Part shown: positions 29,262-38,740 of the stretch, piece after piece
Numbering within the stretch: the first letter of the stretch is position 1
Layout of the letters: each line of letters begins with the position of its first letter
Assembly: GCA_965367815.1 (NCBI GenBank)
Contig: CBDUKN010000007.1
Span: forward strand, 49,669 to 113,668
Length of the DNA: 64,000 nucleotides
Direction: 5' to 3'
Source: an uncultured Thermoprotei archaeon
Lineage (GTDB): Archaea > Thermoproteota > Thermoprotei > Thermofilales > B15-G2
The notes under the pieces: model-generated
What the model saw: the letters and a program-made list of their open reading frames with translations, nothing else
Database searches by the model: none
Told to the model about the DNA's origin: nothing
Translations under genes and position numbers: made by a program

Positions 29262-29311
29262 TCAGTGATGGGGCTACCGCTCATCAAATAGCGGAGCCCC
29301 AAGTTCATCAT
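29262..29311 (-). ncRNA. Box C/D guide sRNA with self-complementary guides
   Basis: Minus strand ATGATGA-ACTTGGGGCTCCGCTAT-TTGATGA-GCGGTAGCCCCATCA-CTGA; D' degenerate; TATA-like ATTATTAA ~25 nt upstream. Confidence 0.72.
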
Positions 29312-29399
29312 CTATTACTCTACTTGAAGTCAGACTTAATAATTTATCTTCGTGACGCGTTAATGATAAATACTTTGGGCAAGCATAGCTTTTGAAAAA

Positions 29400-30518
29400 A
29401 TGAGTGTGTCTTTAGATGCAATTAAAGAACTAGCGGAATCTATTCTTTATCCTCTAGAGCAGTATGTTCGGAGCAATATTTGCTGGGACCCTAATAGCCC
29501 CTACTACGGCGGACTACTAGAGACTATCCCTCACACTCCTCAGCCTACATGGCCCCACGCCTCTTACGTGACTGCTGACGCCTACTTAAAGCTATATGAA
29601 GCCTACAGGAAACCCGAGTACTGGGAGGTAGCTAAAGTAATGGTAAATTATCTTGTTAGAGAGCAGAGCGACGCAGGTTGCTGGTATGGATATACTGGAT
29701 ATCCGAAGAGTTTTGGATGGAATGAGAAAAACGCGCCTCCTGGAAGTAAGCTAAATGTTGTTTTCGAAGACGGTACTGTTCTCGACATAATACGTGAGCC
29801 TTTTAGTATTTTCGGGACAGTTCTTTACGGCAAAGTAGTAGTAAACGCCTATGAAGTAGCTGTTAAAAACAACTTAGACTTGAGCGAGGCCGAGCATTGG
29901 AGAATATCTTTCCTTAAGGCAGCAGAGTTCGTGTGCCATATGATTGATAATAAGGGCTACTGGGTAGGCAACAGAGCGTGGAATCAGAGAGCTGCAGTAG
30001 CAGTACTACTTTTTACTGCCAGTAGACTTTTATGTCCTGAACGGTACTTGAGAAAAGCTAAAATAGTACTAGACCAAATTCTGGAAGCACAGCTCGAGTC
30101 AGGCGAGTACCCCTACTCTGAGACAGGAGGCAGAACTTACCATTATCATGCTTTGACACTGTATTTTCTCAATCAAGTAAATAGAGAGTATCCGAGTAAA
30201 CGCGTAGAAGAAGCTGTATTAAAAGGATTGAAGTGGATGTGGAGTATGCAGAAAGAAAACGGTGATTTTGACTGGAGTATACACTCACCTAAAGACCATA
30301 AAACAAGGCTGTTCTCGACATTTGGAATAGCTTTAGCTGCAACAGCACCTTACTTAAAGTTATTCAAAGAAAATGTTTACAAAACGCTAGTTTTCTTAAA
30401 GAAGCACCAGAATCCAAATGGAGGTTTTCCGCGGAAAATAGGACTAGAGAAGACGGATAATGTCACATCAGGAGAGATTTTACACGGCTTAGCTGAGCTA
30501 GTTAAAGCCTTAGAATAG
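29400..30518 (+). CDS. Cytoplasmic alpha/alpha-toroid protein with prenyltransferase/squalene-oxidase-type repeats
   Basis: Repeated L..xQxxxG(x)(W/Y/F) motifs: EQSDAGCW, AQLESGEY, MQKENGDF, HQNPNGGF; no signal peptide. Confidence 0.65.
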   Translation: MSVSLDAIKELAESILYPLEQYVRSNICWDPNSPYYGGLLETIPHTPQPTWPHASYVTADAYLKLYEAYRKPEYWEVAKVMVNYLVREQSDAGCWYGYTGYPKSFGWNEKNAPPGSKLNVVFEDGTVLDIIREPFSIFGTVLYGKVVVNAYEVAVKNNLDLSEAEHWRISFLKAAEFVCHMIDNKGYWVGNRAWNQRAAVAVLLFTASRLLCPERYLRKAKIVLDQILEAQLESGEYPYSETGGRTYHYHALTLYFLNQVNREYPSKRVEEAVLKGLKWMWSMQKENGDFDWSIHSPKDHKTRLFSTFGIALAATAPYLKLFKENVYKTLVFLKKHQNPNGGFPRKIGLEKTDNVTSGEILHGLAELVKALE

Positions 30519-30519
30519 T

Positions 30520-31962
30520 TTACTCGCTTGAGAGTTTTTCTAGTATTTTGCCGTACTCTACTAGCGCTTTAATTGCTCTGACAGCTCTTTCTGGAGTCGG
30601 GTATGTCGGTATGCCTTCTTCGTCGAAAAGCCTTCTATAGTACTTAGCCATATCTGCTTCGCCTATATCGCATACTACTACTGGTTTACCGTATTCTTTA
30701 ATTATCTTGGAGAGTTTCTTGGGAAGGTCTGTAGTTACTAGCGGTACTTGGTGCATGGGTAAGAGAACTACGCCATCTACATTAGGGTCTCTTAAAACAA
30801 GCTTCAGGGACTCTATGAACCCTTTGTCGTCAGCTGAGCCAGTTAAGTCTACTGGATCTGTTGTGACAGCGAAGTCTCTTAGAATTCCCTGCTTCTTGAG
30901 TTCCTCGAACTTCTCTAAAGTCTCCTTACTGAATTCAGCTAATTTCATTCCCTGAAACTCTATTTCATCGGAGGCCATTACGCCGCATCCTCCGCCGTCA
31001 GTAACCACGGCTATTCTGTCGCCTTTAGCTGGAGGCTGCATTGCAAGAGCTTTAGCCATGTCGCAGAATTCTTCCATGTCTCTAGCTCTAATTACTCCGC
31101 ACTGCTTAAAGGCAGCATCATATATCGCGTCTACTCCAGCTAGAGCACCAGTATGAGAAGTCGCAGCTTTAGCGCCTGCCGCAGTTCTACCAGACTTGAG
31201 GACAACTATAGGTTTCTTTAAGGCGACTTTCCTAGCTATTTCTATGAATTTTCTGCCTTCCTTTATGTTTTCTATGTAAACCATAATAGCTTTCGTCAAG
31301 TCATCTTCAGCTAAATACTCGAGTAGATCTGCTTCATCTACGTCGCATTTATTGCCGTATGAAATAAACTTAGAGAGCCCTAAGTCTGTTCCAGCAAAGT
31401 AGTCTAGTACAGCTGCGCCAAAAGCACCGCTCTGACTAATAAAAGCTATATGTCCTCTCCTAGGTCTAGGCATTGATAGCAGAGGGCCTTTTGGGCTGTT
31501 CTTGTAGGTCGGTATAAAAAGAGTATCTACGCCGCTCCAAGGATCATATATGCCTATACAGTTTGGACCAATTATTCTAACACCGTACTTTTGTGCTGTA
31601 TCAACAAGCTTCTGTTCAAGAGCGTGGTTACCTACTTCAGAAAATCCTGCTGAAATAACTATAACACACTTAATTCCCTTTACACCGCAGTCTTCAATAA
31701 TTCGCGGCACTATTCTCGCGGGGACACATACGACACTTAAATCAACGTCTCCGGAGATGTCTCTAACACTTGGGTAACATTTTACACCAGCTATTTCATT
31801 AGCTTTAGGGTTAACTGGGTAAACTTCACCCTTAAAAATCCCTTTTTTCTTGTTACTCAAGAAGTTCTCTAGAATAATTCTCCCCACTGCTCCAGGTTCT
31901 CTTGAAGCACCTATTATTGCTACGCCTCTAGGATTAAAGAATCCATCTAATTCTTTACTCAT
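30520..31962 (-). CDS. acdA: ADP-forming acyl-CoA synthetase, alpha subunit
   Basis: VAIIGAS, YPVNP, ISAGFSE, GPNCIG, SQSGA, SYGN, SHTGALAG (phospho-His), DPVDLTG, PTPERAV. Confidence 0.92.
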   Translation of the reverse strand: MSKELDGFFNPRGVAIIGASREPGAVGRIILENFLSNKKKGIFKGEVYPVNPKANEIAGVKCYPSVRDISGDVDLSVVCVPARIVPRIIEDCGVKGIKCVIVISAGFSEVGNHALEQKLVDTAQKYGVRIIGPNCIGIYDPWSGVDTLFIPTYKNSPKGPLLSMPRPRRGHIAFISQSGAFGAAVLDYFAGTDLGLSKFISYGNKCDVDEADLLEYLAEDDLTKAIMVYIENIKEGRKFIEIARKVALKKPIVVLKSGRTAAGAKAATSHTGALAGVDAIYDAAFKQCGVIRARDMEEFCDMAKALAMQPPAKGDRIAVVTDGGGCGVMASDEIEFQGMKLAEFSKETLEKFEELKKQGILRDFAVTTDPVDLTGSADDKGFIESLKLVLRDPNVDGVVLLPMHQVPLVTTDLPKKLSKIIKEYGKPVVVCDIGEADMAKYYRRLFDEEGIPTYPTPERAVRAIKALVEYGKILEKLSSE

Positions 31963-32121
31963 GCAAGATATAGGGAGTAATAGAATTTAAGTTCTATTGT
32001 TAAAAACTGTTTAAAGTAATCGCTAATAGTAAATTAGTTAATGGCTTAAGGTAAAGAATATTTTGTCGAATACTAGTATACGATAGTTCAGAAAATATAT
32101 TTTTCTCCGCAATATATTCTC

Positions 32122-33795
32122 GTGTTTTTAAACAAGATAAAGAGTATTCTAAAAGGGCTTTTGTCCTTCGGAGAAATCATAGCTGGATCTAGTGAGGAAA
32201 AAAGAGTAGTAGATTTTATTAAAAACAGATTAGAAAAATATGTATCTGAAATAAATATTCAAGAAGTACCAGTAATGAATTGGAGAGAAAAATATTCTAT
32301 AGTGGAGGGTAAAAATATTAAGATAAAGTCTATAGCTTTGCCCTATTCTCTTTCTTTTGATGAAGAAAGCACATTAATTCATATAACACATATTAGAGAT
32401 AAAAAGTGGAAAAAGGCCTGTGGGAAAATAGTGTTAGTTCAAATACCTCCAGGAGACGTAGATTTTGTTGAAGACTACTACGCCAAAGCAGTTGAAGTAG
32501 GAGCTGTTGGGCTAATAGCCTATGATTCTTACCCGGGGGTCTACAGAAGGATAGTTGTCACTGGAGTTAAAGACTATCGTTGGGGATGCGGCGAAATGCC
32601 GCCTCCAATTCCTGCAGTAATGGTTAAAAAGGAGGACGGCTTAAAGTTAGCTAAAAGAGAAGGAGAAAAAATACGAGTACTGGTCGAAACCAATGTATTG
32701 AGCTCTACTGGATATAACATCGAGGGGATTATATACGGACACAGTGATGAAGAAGTCCTTCTTATAGCTCACCACGACCACTGGCTTACAGGCGCAGCCG
32801 ACAACTGCTTAGGAGTATCCTTGCTTATAGCTGCAGCCGAACAGTTAAAGAATAGCTTTCTTAAAAGAACAATTAAACTCGTGTCGTTTACAGCAGAGGA
32901 GGCAGGGGCTCCCTGTTTTTCCTCATATTATTGGACATGGGGTTCAAGATACTATGTTAATTCGCTTGAGTCAAAGAAAGCTCTAAGTAAAATCTATGCC
33001 GTAGTGAATGTCGATGTTTTGGCGAAAGGAGACGTCAAATTAAGTGTGTCTGGACCCGACTACATGTTTTTAGCAGAAAAGCTTTCTGGAATTAAGGCGG
33101 AGTACGATAGCAGCTACATGGATAGCTACGCTTTTTCATCTAAAGGAGTACCCGCACTGACATTACATACTCTCGACGAATACATGCAGTACTATCATAC
33201 GGATAAAGATGTACCCGAGAATATTGATTGGAGTACAGTAGAAAGGGGAGTCTCTATTGCTTTAAAGATCTTAGCAGAACTAGCGAAGGGCTTGGAAATA
33301 GACTATGACAAGTGGACGGATTTAATAGAGAGTACTGCTAAAAGACTAGATGTACCACTACCCGCTGACTTAAAGAGAATATCTAGAGAGTTTTCTCGAA
33401 GTCTGCTTGAAACAACAATATACGCCTATGACGAGCACTATCCCGACGAACGCCCAGCTTTTTTGAAAACACATTTTCTACCCGAGCTTAAAGCACTCGA
33501 AGACTTTAAGAGACTTCGGGAAGCATACATTGCGCTCAAAGAAGGAAACCTAGATAAATGCATAAAGATAGTATCAAGCATACCTCTGCGAATAAAGCTT
33601 GGGTCAGGTGGGACGCTAATATCACTAAATACAAAGTGTTTGCTCATATTCTTAGAAGAGAAGAGAATATCCACGGCCCTAAAGCTTCTCGAGAATATTC
33701 TCTCTATTGAGAAAGAATATAAAGCAGAGCTGAAGAAACTTTTCTTGAGGAAAATCGAGGAAGCGAGGATGAAGATCCAGTATACTGAAATGTGA
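32122..33795 (+). CDS. M28 family aminopeptidase with PA domain
   Basis: Complete Zn/catalytic set: AHHD, ADN..G, AEEAG, NVD, YHT..D. Confidence 0.82.
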   Translation: MFLNKIKSILKGLLSFGEIIAGSSEEKRVVDFIKNRLEKYVSEINIQEVPVMNWREKYSIVEGKNIKIKSIALPYSLSFDEESTLIHITHIRDKKWKKACGKIVLVQIPPGDVDFVEDYYAKAVEVGAVGLIAYDSYPGVYRRIVVTGVKDYRWGCGEMPPPIPAVMVKKEDGLKLAKREGEKIRVLVETNVLSSTGYNIEGIIYGHSDEEVLLIAHHDHWLTGAADNCLGVSLLIAAAEQLKNSFLKRTIKLVSFTAEEAGAPCFSSYYWTWGSRYYVNSLESKKALSKIYAVVNVDVLAKGDVKLSVSGPDYMFLAEKLSGIKAEYDSSYMDSYAFSSKGVPALTLHTLDEYMQYYHTDKDVPENIDWSTVERGVSIALKILAELAKGLEIDYDKWTDLIESTAKRLDVPLPADLKRISREFSRSLLETTIYAYDEHYPDERPAFLKTHFLPELKALEDFKRLREAYIALKEGNLDKCIKIVSSIPLRIKLGSGGTLISLNTKCLLIFLEEKRISTALKLLENILSIEKEYKAELKKLFLRKIEEARMKIQYTEM

Positions 33796-33814
33796 CGACT
33801 TTCGTCCCTCCTGA
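33766..33814 (+). ncRNA. Box C/D guide sRNA overlapping the 3' end of the M28 gene
   Basis: AGGATGA-AGATCCAGTATA-CTGA-AAT-GTGACGA-CTTTCGTCCCTC-CTGA; two 12-nt guides. Confidence 0.78.
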
Positions 33815-33852
33815 GCTACTTACCATATTTCAAATACTTTAAACCTAAGAAA

Positions 33853-34521
33853 TTAATCTAAATACCTTAATAGATCTTTCAAGTCATTTAATATAAAATC
33901 ACATGAAAACCTATAGGGAATTACAGAGTATCCTCTCGCTACAAGAGCAGTTTTCATGCCCATTTTCCTAGGTATAGCTAAGTCTAGGTAATAGTCGTCG
34001 CCTACGCTCAGTACTTCTTCTGGTCGGAGACTAAGCGTGCTCAAAGCATATGTGAACATACGTGGATTAGGCTTGACGCACCCAGTATCTCTGCTAGTTA
34101 CTACAGTCATGTATTTTTTCAAAGTAGACAATATATCCTGAATAGCAAAAAGAGGAACAGAAGTGACTACAGCCATTTTTAAGTCTTTATTTTTAAGTTC
34201 TTCAAGTACCTCAAGGACTTCGGGGAAAAATTTGTTTCTAGTACGACTATAAAAGCTAACTATTTTCTTTAAAGATTCGTTATCTACTTTTATGTAGAGG
34301 CGGTCGCATACTTTTCTGAAAAATTCTTCAAAATTACTGTATTTTTCTCGAGGATAGTCTACAAAAAGGACATAGAGATAGGCTGCTCTTAATTCCTGAG
34401 CGTATACTTCGTAGCCGTTTTCAAGTAAAATTGATGATAGATCTTCAAATGAAATAGGTTTTTCAGCGTAAACGAGTGTTCCATAAAGGTCAAATACTAT
34501 ACCATGGACTTTCATATTCAT
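33853..34521 (-). CDS. HAD-superfamily hydrolase
   Basis: FDLYGTL, VVTS, KPNP, VGDD...D motifs. Confidence 0.88.
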   Translation of the reverse strand: MNMKVHGIVFDLYGTLVYAEKPISFEDLSSILLENGYEVYAQELRAAYLYVLFVDYPREKYSNFEEFFRKVCDRLYIKVDNESLKKIVSFYSRTRNKFFPEVLEVLEELKNKDLKMAVVTSVPLFAIQDILSTLKKYMTVVTSRDTGCVKPNPRMFTYALSTLSLRPEEVLSVGDDYYLDLAIPRKMGMKTALVARGYSVIPYRFSCDFILNDLKDLLRYLD

Positions 34522-34668
34522 AGGTAATTGTTTTCTTTACCCTTGATATAAACAATGCTGTTTGCCTTAAGTCGTTAATTAAGGTGGCTGTATGTAAAGG
34601 TCACGTTACCGTTTAGCTAGTTGAGCATAAAGGATATTAATTTCCTCGAGTACTAATCCAATAAGGTA

Positions 34669-35622
34669 ATGTCAGGTTTGTTTGAGAACCTCATTGTTGC
34701 AAGCGAGAACGGACACATGGAGTATGATTTAAGAGTTCACTTAGCTGATCTTAGTCTCGAGAGAGAAGACTATAGTGAAAAACTTGCGGGAACTGTTGTA
34801 TCAATGTTGCTGCAGCTATGTAGAGATTTAGGTATAGAGCAGGAAGGAAAGCTGGAAATAGGTGATAAAAGCTTTTATTTTTCTCGTAGAAATGGAGGCT
34901 TGGCTTTAGTATATTTTCTTTCAAAAACTCCTGTTTCACCTGATGAAATAAATTCTTTTCTAAAAGAACTTTTAGCGTTAAGAAAAGAAGTTTATAGCAA
35001 TGGAGGTAAACTCAAGGATTTAAGGCGAGAAATAAACAAGTTTCTTGTATACTATATGGGCGTACATAATTATTCTCTGCTTTATTTTAAAAATACTTTG
35101 ATGGCTAAAAAAGGAATAAAAAGCATAATAGTTTACTATAAGAATAAAGTATCTATTGATGGAGTCAATTTAGGTGAGGGTGTCCAAAGAAGTATAATCA
35201 AACTTATTAGAAAAATACAGAGTTTTTGGGATTTATCGATAGATTTTGTTAAAGCTAGAATAAATAATAGCAATACTGTAATAGTATACGTTAGTAAAGA
35301 CTTCTATTTATCTCTTCTTTACGATGAAGGAGCTATAGATCTCAATACTTTAAACGATATTATAATAAAATTGAAAAAAAGACTGTGTTCGATTAAAAAG
35401 GAGCCTATTAGAATTACATCTAGTCTTATGCCTATTTACGAGAAAATTTTAGAGAATTATAAGCTAATAGACCCGAAAAGAGCTTCGGAGCTTTTATCCG
35501 AAGACATAAAGAAGCTTGTCTTCGAGGAATGTTTTACGCTTAAAGAAGCTTTAAGTTATATTGAGAGTAAGGGAGGCTTTCCTGTAAGTGCTAGCAAGAC
35601 GACTTATATAAAAGAATCCTAA
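34669..35622 (+). CDS. Hypothetical protein, possible longin/roadblock-like domains
   Basis: Long ORF with ATG and upstream TATA-like tract; beta-beta-alpha-beta-beta-beta-alpha-like pattern by eye only. Confidence 0.55.
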   Translation: MSGLFENLIVASENGHMEYDLRVHLADLSLEREDYSEKLAGTVVSMLLQLCRDLGIEQEGKLEIGDKSFYFSRRNGGLALVYFLSKTPVSPDEINSFLKELLALRKEVYSNGGKLKDLRREINKFLVYYMGVHNYSLLYFKNTLMAKKGIKSIIVYYKNKVSIDGVNLGEGVQRSIIKLIRKIQSFWDLSIDFVKARINNSNTVIVYVSKDFYLSLLYDEGAIDLNTLNDIIIKLKKRLCSIKKEPIRITSSLMPIYEKILENYKLIDPKRASELLSEDIKKLVFEECFTLKEALSYIESKGGFPVSASKTTYIKES

Positions 35623-36580
35623 GCTTAGTGCCAGACGATTTTACTACATAGATATCTTCGAGCACAAGCTCAGTTTTTATTTTAGTTACTATGTTTACGT
35701 ACGGAGTTATTAATATTAGTTTCTGTGAAACTATTTTCTCCGATATTTTTATTAATTTTTCTAAAATTTCTTTGATATTTGACGACTTCATTCTAATTCC
35801 TCGAGGAGGATCCGCTATAATATAATCACAGTTCTTTATTGGAGTGAATTTAAAGTCTGCTGTAAACAAGTCTATTTCTACTTCAGCTTCTCTTGAATTA
35901 TGTAAGGCGCATAGAATATATTTTCTAGAAATGTCACTTCCTATACAGTATACGTTTTCTAGTATTTTTGCCGTCTCTATTAGTGTTGTCCCAGAGCCGA
36001 CAAAAGGATCATAAATACTTGACTTAGATTCTACTTCAGCTAAAATCAGAGATGCACATGCGACAATAGGGCTTAGTGGAGCTGGATGTTTGTAAACATA
36101 GTATGATCTTTGGTGAAGTGCTCCTTTCACTTCGATCGCTAGGTAGAGAGTTTTTCCGTAGAGTTCTGCTCTAAGCTTCCTTGTAGCCCTAGGGCTACAG
36201 TCTATTTTCCACACTCTTTTAATTTCTCTGGCTACTATTTTTTCTAAAAAGTTTTCTGAAAAAGTGTGCATAGGAATGTGTGCTCTTACAGCTAGTTTGT
36301 CGATATTTTCTGGCTTAAACGTCCTTGAGAGTAGTTCTCTAATAGCATATCTTAGTCTCTTAACTGAAATAGCTTCCAGCTCAGCTACACCTAGTACTCT
36401 AGCTATGAAGAGCACTGTGCTTAAAGTCAACGCTCTTTCCTCAGAAAGGTTTTCTACGAGTACTCTTTCGTCAGAGAGCCTATGAGCTGTAGCTGCAGGG
36501 TCTTTTAGTTTAATTTCTTTAATTACAGCTTTTTCTACTCCAGCAAGTGTTCCTAATATGAGTTCATTCATTTTATTCAA
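35591..36580 (-). CDS. THUMP-domain RNA methyltransferase (UPF0020/Trm14-like)
   Basis: LHQRSY..HPAPL, DPFVGSGT, GSDI, ADPPRG. Confidence 0.8.
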   Translation of the reverse strand: MNKMNELILGTLAGVEKAVIKEIKLKDPAATAHRLSDERVLVENLSEERALTLSTVLFIARVLGVAELEAISVKRLRYAIRELLSRTFKPENIDKLAVRAHIPMHTFSENFLEKIVAREIKRVWKIDCSPRATRKLRAELYGKTLYLAIEVKGALHQRSYYVYKHPAPLSPIVACASLILAEVESKSSIYDPFVGSGTTLIETAKILENVYCIGSDISRKYILCALHNSREAEVEIDLFTADFKFTPIKNCDYIIADPPRGIRMKSSNIKEILEKLIKISEKIVSQKLILITPYVNIVTKIKTELVLEDIYVVKSSGTKLRILLYKSSC

Positions 36581-37667
36581 CTATCTTTAATCCAGAGCCT
36601 GTTAAAGGGGCTACTACTTCCTCGCCTTTATCTAAAATTCCTTCCTCCACGGCTTTAGCTAGTGCCGCGAAGACAGTTATTGAAGTAGGTTCAACTATGA
36701 ATCCTTTCTTGTAGGCAAATGACGAATATAAGTGGATATCATAGTTGTCTACTACTATGCAGCAGCCCTGAGTCTCTTTAATTGTTCGTACTATTTCGTT
36801 TAAGCGAGGGGGATTTTTTACTCGAAGTCCGTCAGCTAAAGATGAGCACCCGGAGGGCTTTTTCCCGTAAAGGGCCTCGTATACTGGAGCGCAGCTAGCG
36901 CCTTGAACTGCTATTAAGCGCGGTACTTTCTCTACTAATCCTAGCTCGTAGAGTTCTTTAAAGCCCTTATAAAGCCCTAAGAGCAGAGTTCCGCTAGCTA
37001 CAGGAACTACAGCTGCGTCGGGAGTTCTCCAGCCGAGCTGCTCAGCTATCTCGAAAGCAATAGTCTTAGTGCCTTCAATAAAGTAGGGATTCCACAAATG
37101 GCCCACGTAGACGTAGTCGCTTAGCTCTGCTTCTTTTACTGCTTTTTCGTGTGCTTCTTCTCTAGAGTTACACTCAACTACTTCAGCTCCCGAAGCCTTA
37201 ATGAAAGCTATTTTTCCCGAAGGAGCGTCTTTAGGCACAAATATTTTAGCTTTTATGCCAGCTGAGGACGCATAATAGGCTACAGAAATACCAGCATTGC
37301 CCGAAGAGTCTTCAATTACTCCGCTGAACTTGAATTCAGCTACCTTAGACAAAGTGACAGCAGTTCCTCTATCTTTAAAAGATCCTGTCGGATTCAAGTA
37401 GTCTAGCTTAAGATAAAGTTTTAGTGCAAAGAAGTCGCGTTCAACTAAAGGAGTGCAGCCTTCGCCTAGGCTAACGAGTTTTTCTGCAGGAATTAGTTCT
37501 TTATATCTCCATAAGCTCCACTCTCTCCTCTTTATTTCCCCCGGATCGATTTTAAGTCCATTTAAGTCGTACTCTACTGTAAGAGGACTTCCACAGGAAT
37601 GCTTGTATACCCAGTTTTCTTCAGAGATTTCTTTCCGGCACTTAGGGCATACAAGCCTGTAGGTCAC
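36573..37667 (-). CDS. thrC: Threonine synthase-like PLP enzyme with N-terminal Zn ribbon
   Basis: CPKC, LGEG.TP, NPTGSFKDRG, SSGNAG, EGTKT..EI.EQL, TGSGLK. Confidence 0.78.
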   Translation of the reverse strand: MTYRLVCPKCRKEISEENWVYKHSCGSPLTVEYDLNGLKIDPGEIKRREWSLWRYKELIPAEKLVSLGEGCTPLVERDFFALKLYLKLDYLNPTGSFKDRGTAVTLSKVAEFKFSGVIEDSSGNAGISVAYYASSAGIKAKIFVPKDAPSGKIAFIKASGAEVVECNSREEAHEKAVKEAELSDYVYVGHLWNPYFIEGTKTIAFEIAEQLGWRTPDAAVVPVASGTLLLGLYKGFKELYELGLVEKVPRLIAVQGASCAPVYEALYGKKPSGCSSLADGLRVKNPPRLNEIVRTIKETQGCCIVVDNYDIHLYSSFAYKKGFIVEPTSITVFAALAKAVEEGILDKGEEVVAPLTGSGLKIVE

Positions 37668-37716
37668 AGTAATTTGTCTCGGTAAAGCTAATAAGTTTCT
37701 TTCCGCAAAAGGCTAT

Positions 37717-38358
37717 GTGAGTAAAGCTAGAGCTGCGGCTTGCTTTGGGTATTTCCTACTAATAGTACCGTTTTCGCCTGCAGTAATAGCTGGCTACCTC
37801 CTTGCAGGACTGTCGTGGCTTTTCCTTAATAGCAAACTTAGTAAAAGAATTTTCTTGGTGACAGGAATATACTTTGTTTCAGTATCAGCTCTCCTTACAG
37901 CAACTTATCTTCTTACAAGAGTACTTCAGCCAGTTAAAACTTTAAGCTACTTATATGAACAAGTAGCAATGGGAGTATCTCATATTATTGTATTAGCATG
38001 GCTCATAAAGCTCTGTCTAGAAGCAGTTGCCTTCAGGATCTGTGGAAAAGAACTGCTTTCTAGGCTATTTAAAGTAGCTGGAATAATATCGATTATCTCT
38101 CTCTTAGCTATTTTAGTAGGATACATAGCACTCGACTTTAAATATGAGTTTGTTCAAAGTCTTTCCGAAGTAGTCTTCGCCACAGGACTTATATTAGCTT
38201 TAGTAAACAATATTATAGCTGGAATAGCTTTTATTAAAGCAAAAATACCTTCGCAAAAAACAGCTTTAAATATCGCTGAAGAGATGTCATACCAGAATGT
38301 ATGCGTGGAAGACTCCGCCTCGGATAAAGGTGCTGGAAGCACTTGGGTGTATAGCTGA
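37717..38358 (+). CDS. Hypothetical membrane protein
   Basis: About five or six hydrophobic segments; GTG start. Confidence 0.6.
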   Translation: MSKARAAACFGYFLLIVPFSPAVIAGYLLAGLSWLFLNSKLSKRIFLVTGIYFVSVSALLTATYLLTRVLQPVKTLSYLYEQVAMGVSHIIVLAWLIKLCLEAVAFRICGKELLSRLFKVAGIISIISLLAILVGYIALDFKYEFVQSLSEVVFATGLILALVNNIIAGIAFIKAKIPSQKTALNIAEEMSYQNVCVEDSASDKGAGSTWVYS

Positions 38359-38740
38359 TGGCAGAATAAAGTTCATAGGTGATAGAGAAGCTATTGTTGT
38401 AAGCTCTACTGGAGAAAGGAGCTATAAGGTCACTTGGGATGGCGGAAAAGCCATAATGTCTACTGACAACGGGTCTCTATATAGAGGATACTTAGGTTAT
38501 CCTAGTATAGCTTTCTTAATGCTTAAAGGAGTTCTTCCCTTCGACAAGAGGTTAGCTGATGCTCTTAAAGGAGTACCTTGGAAAAAACTCAATGAAACTT
38601 ATAAAAAATATAAAATTGTTGAAGAAAAAGTTAAAGTAATAGCTAAGGAAAGAGGAGTGTCTCCTGAAGAATTAGATAGATTCGTAGCCAAAGTAATGAA
38701 AGCTATAAGAGAACAAAAATTTGTTAAACTAGAAGTCTAG
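38297..38740 (+). CDS. Conserved hypothetical protein
   Basis: PPRIKVLEALG..ADGR, SS.GER.Y.V, DNGS..RGYLGYP. Confidence 0.7.
   Translation: MYAWKTPPRIKVLEALGCIADGRIKFIGDREAIVVSSTGERSYKVTWDGGKAIMSTDNGSLYRGYLGYPSIAFLMLKGVLPFDKRLADALKGVPWKKLNETYKKYKIVEEKVKVIAKERGVSPEELDRFVAKVMKAIREQKFVKLEV

Noticed and set aside
29400-30518. Squalene-hopene cyclase
   Set aside because: Too short, single barrel, no DxDD motif
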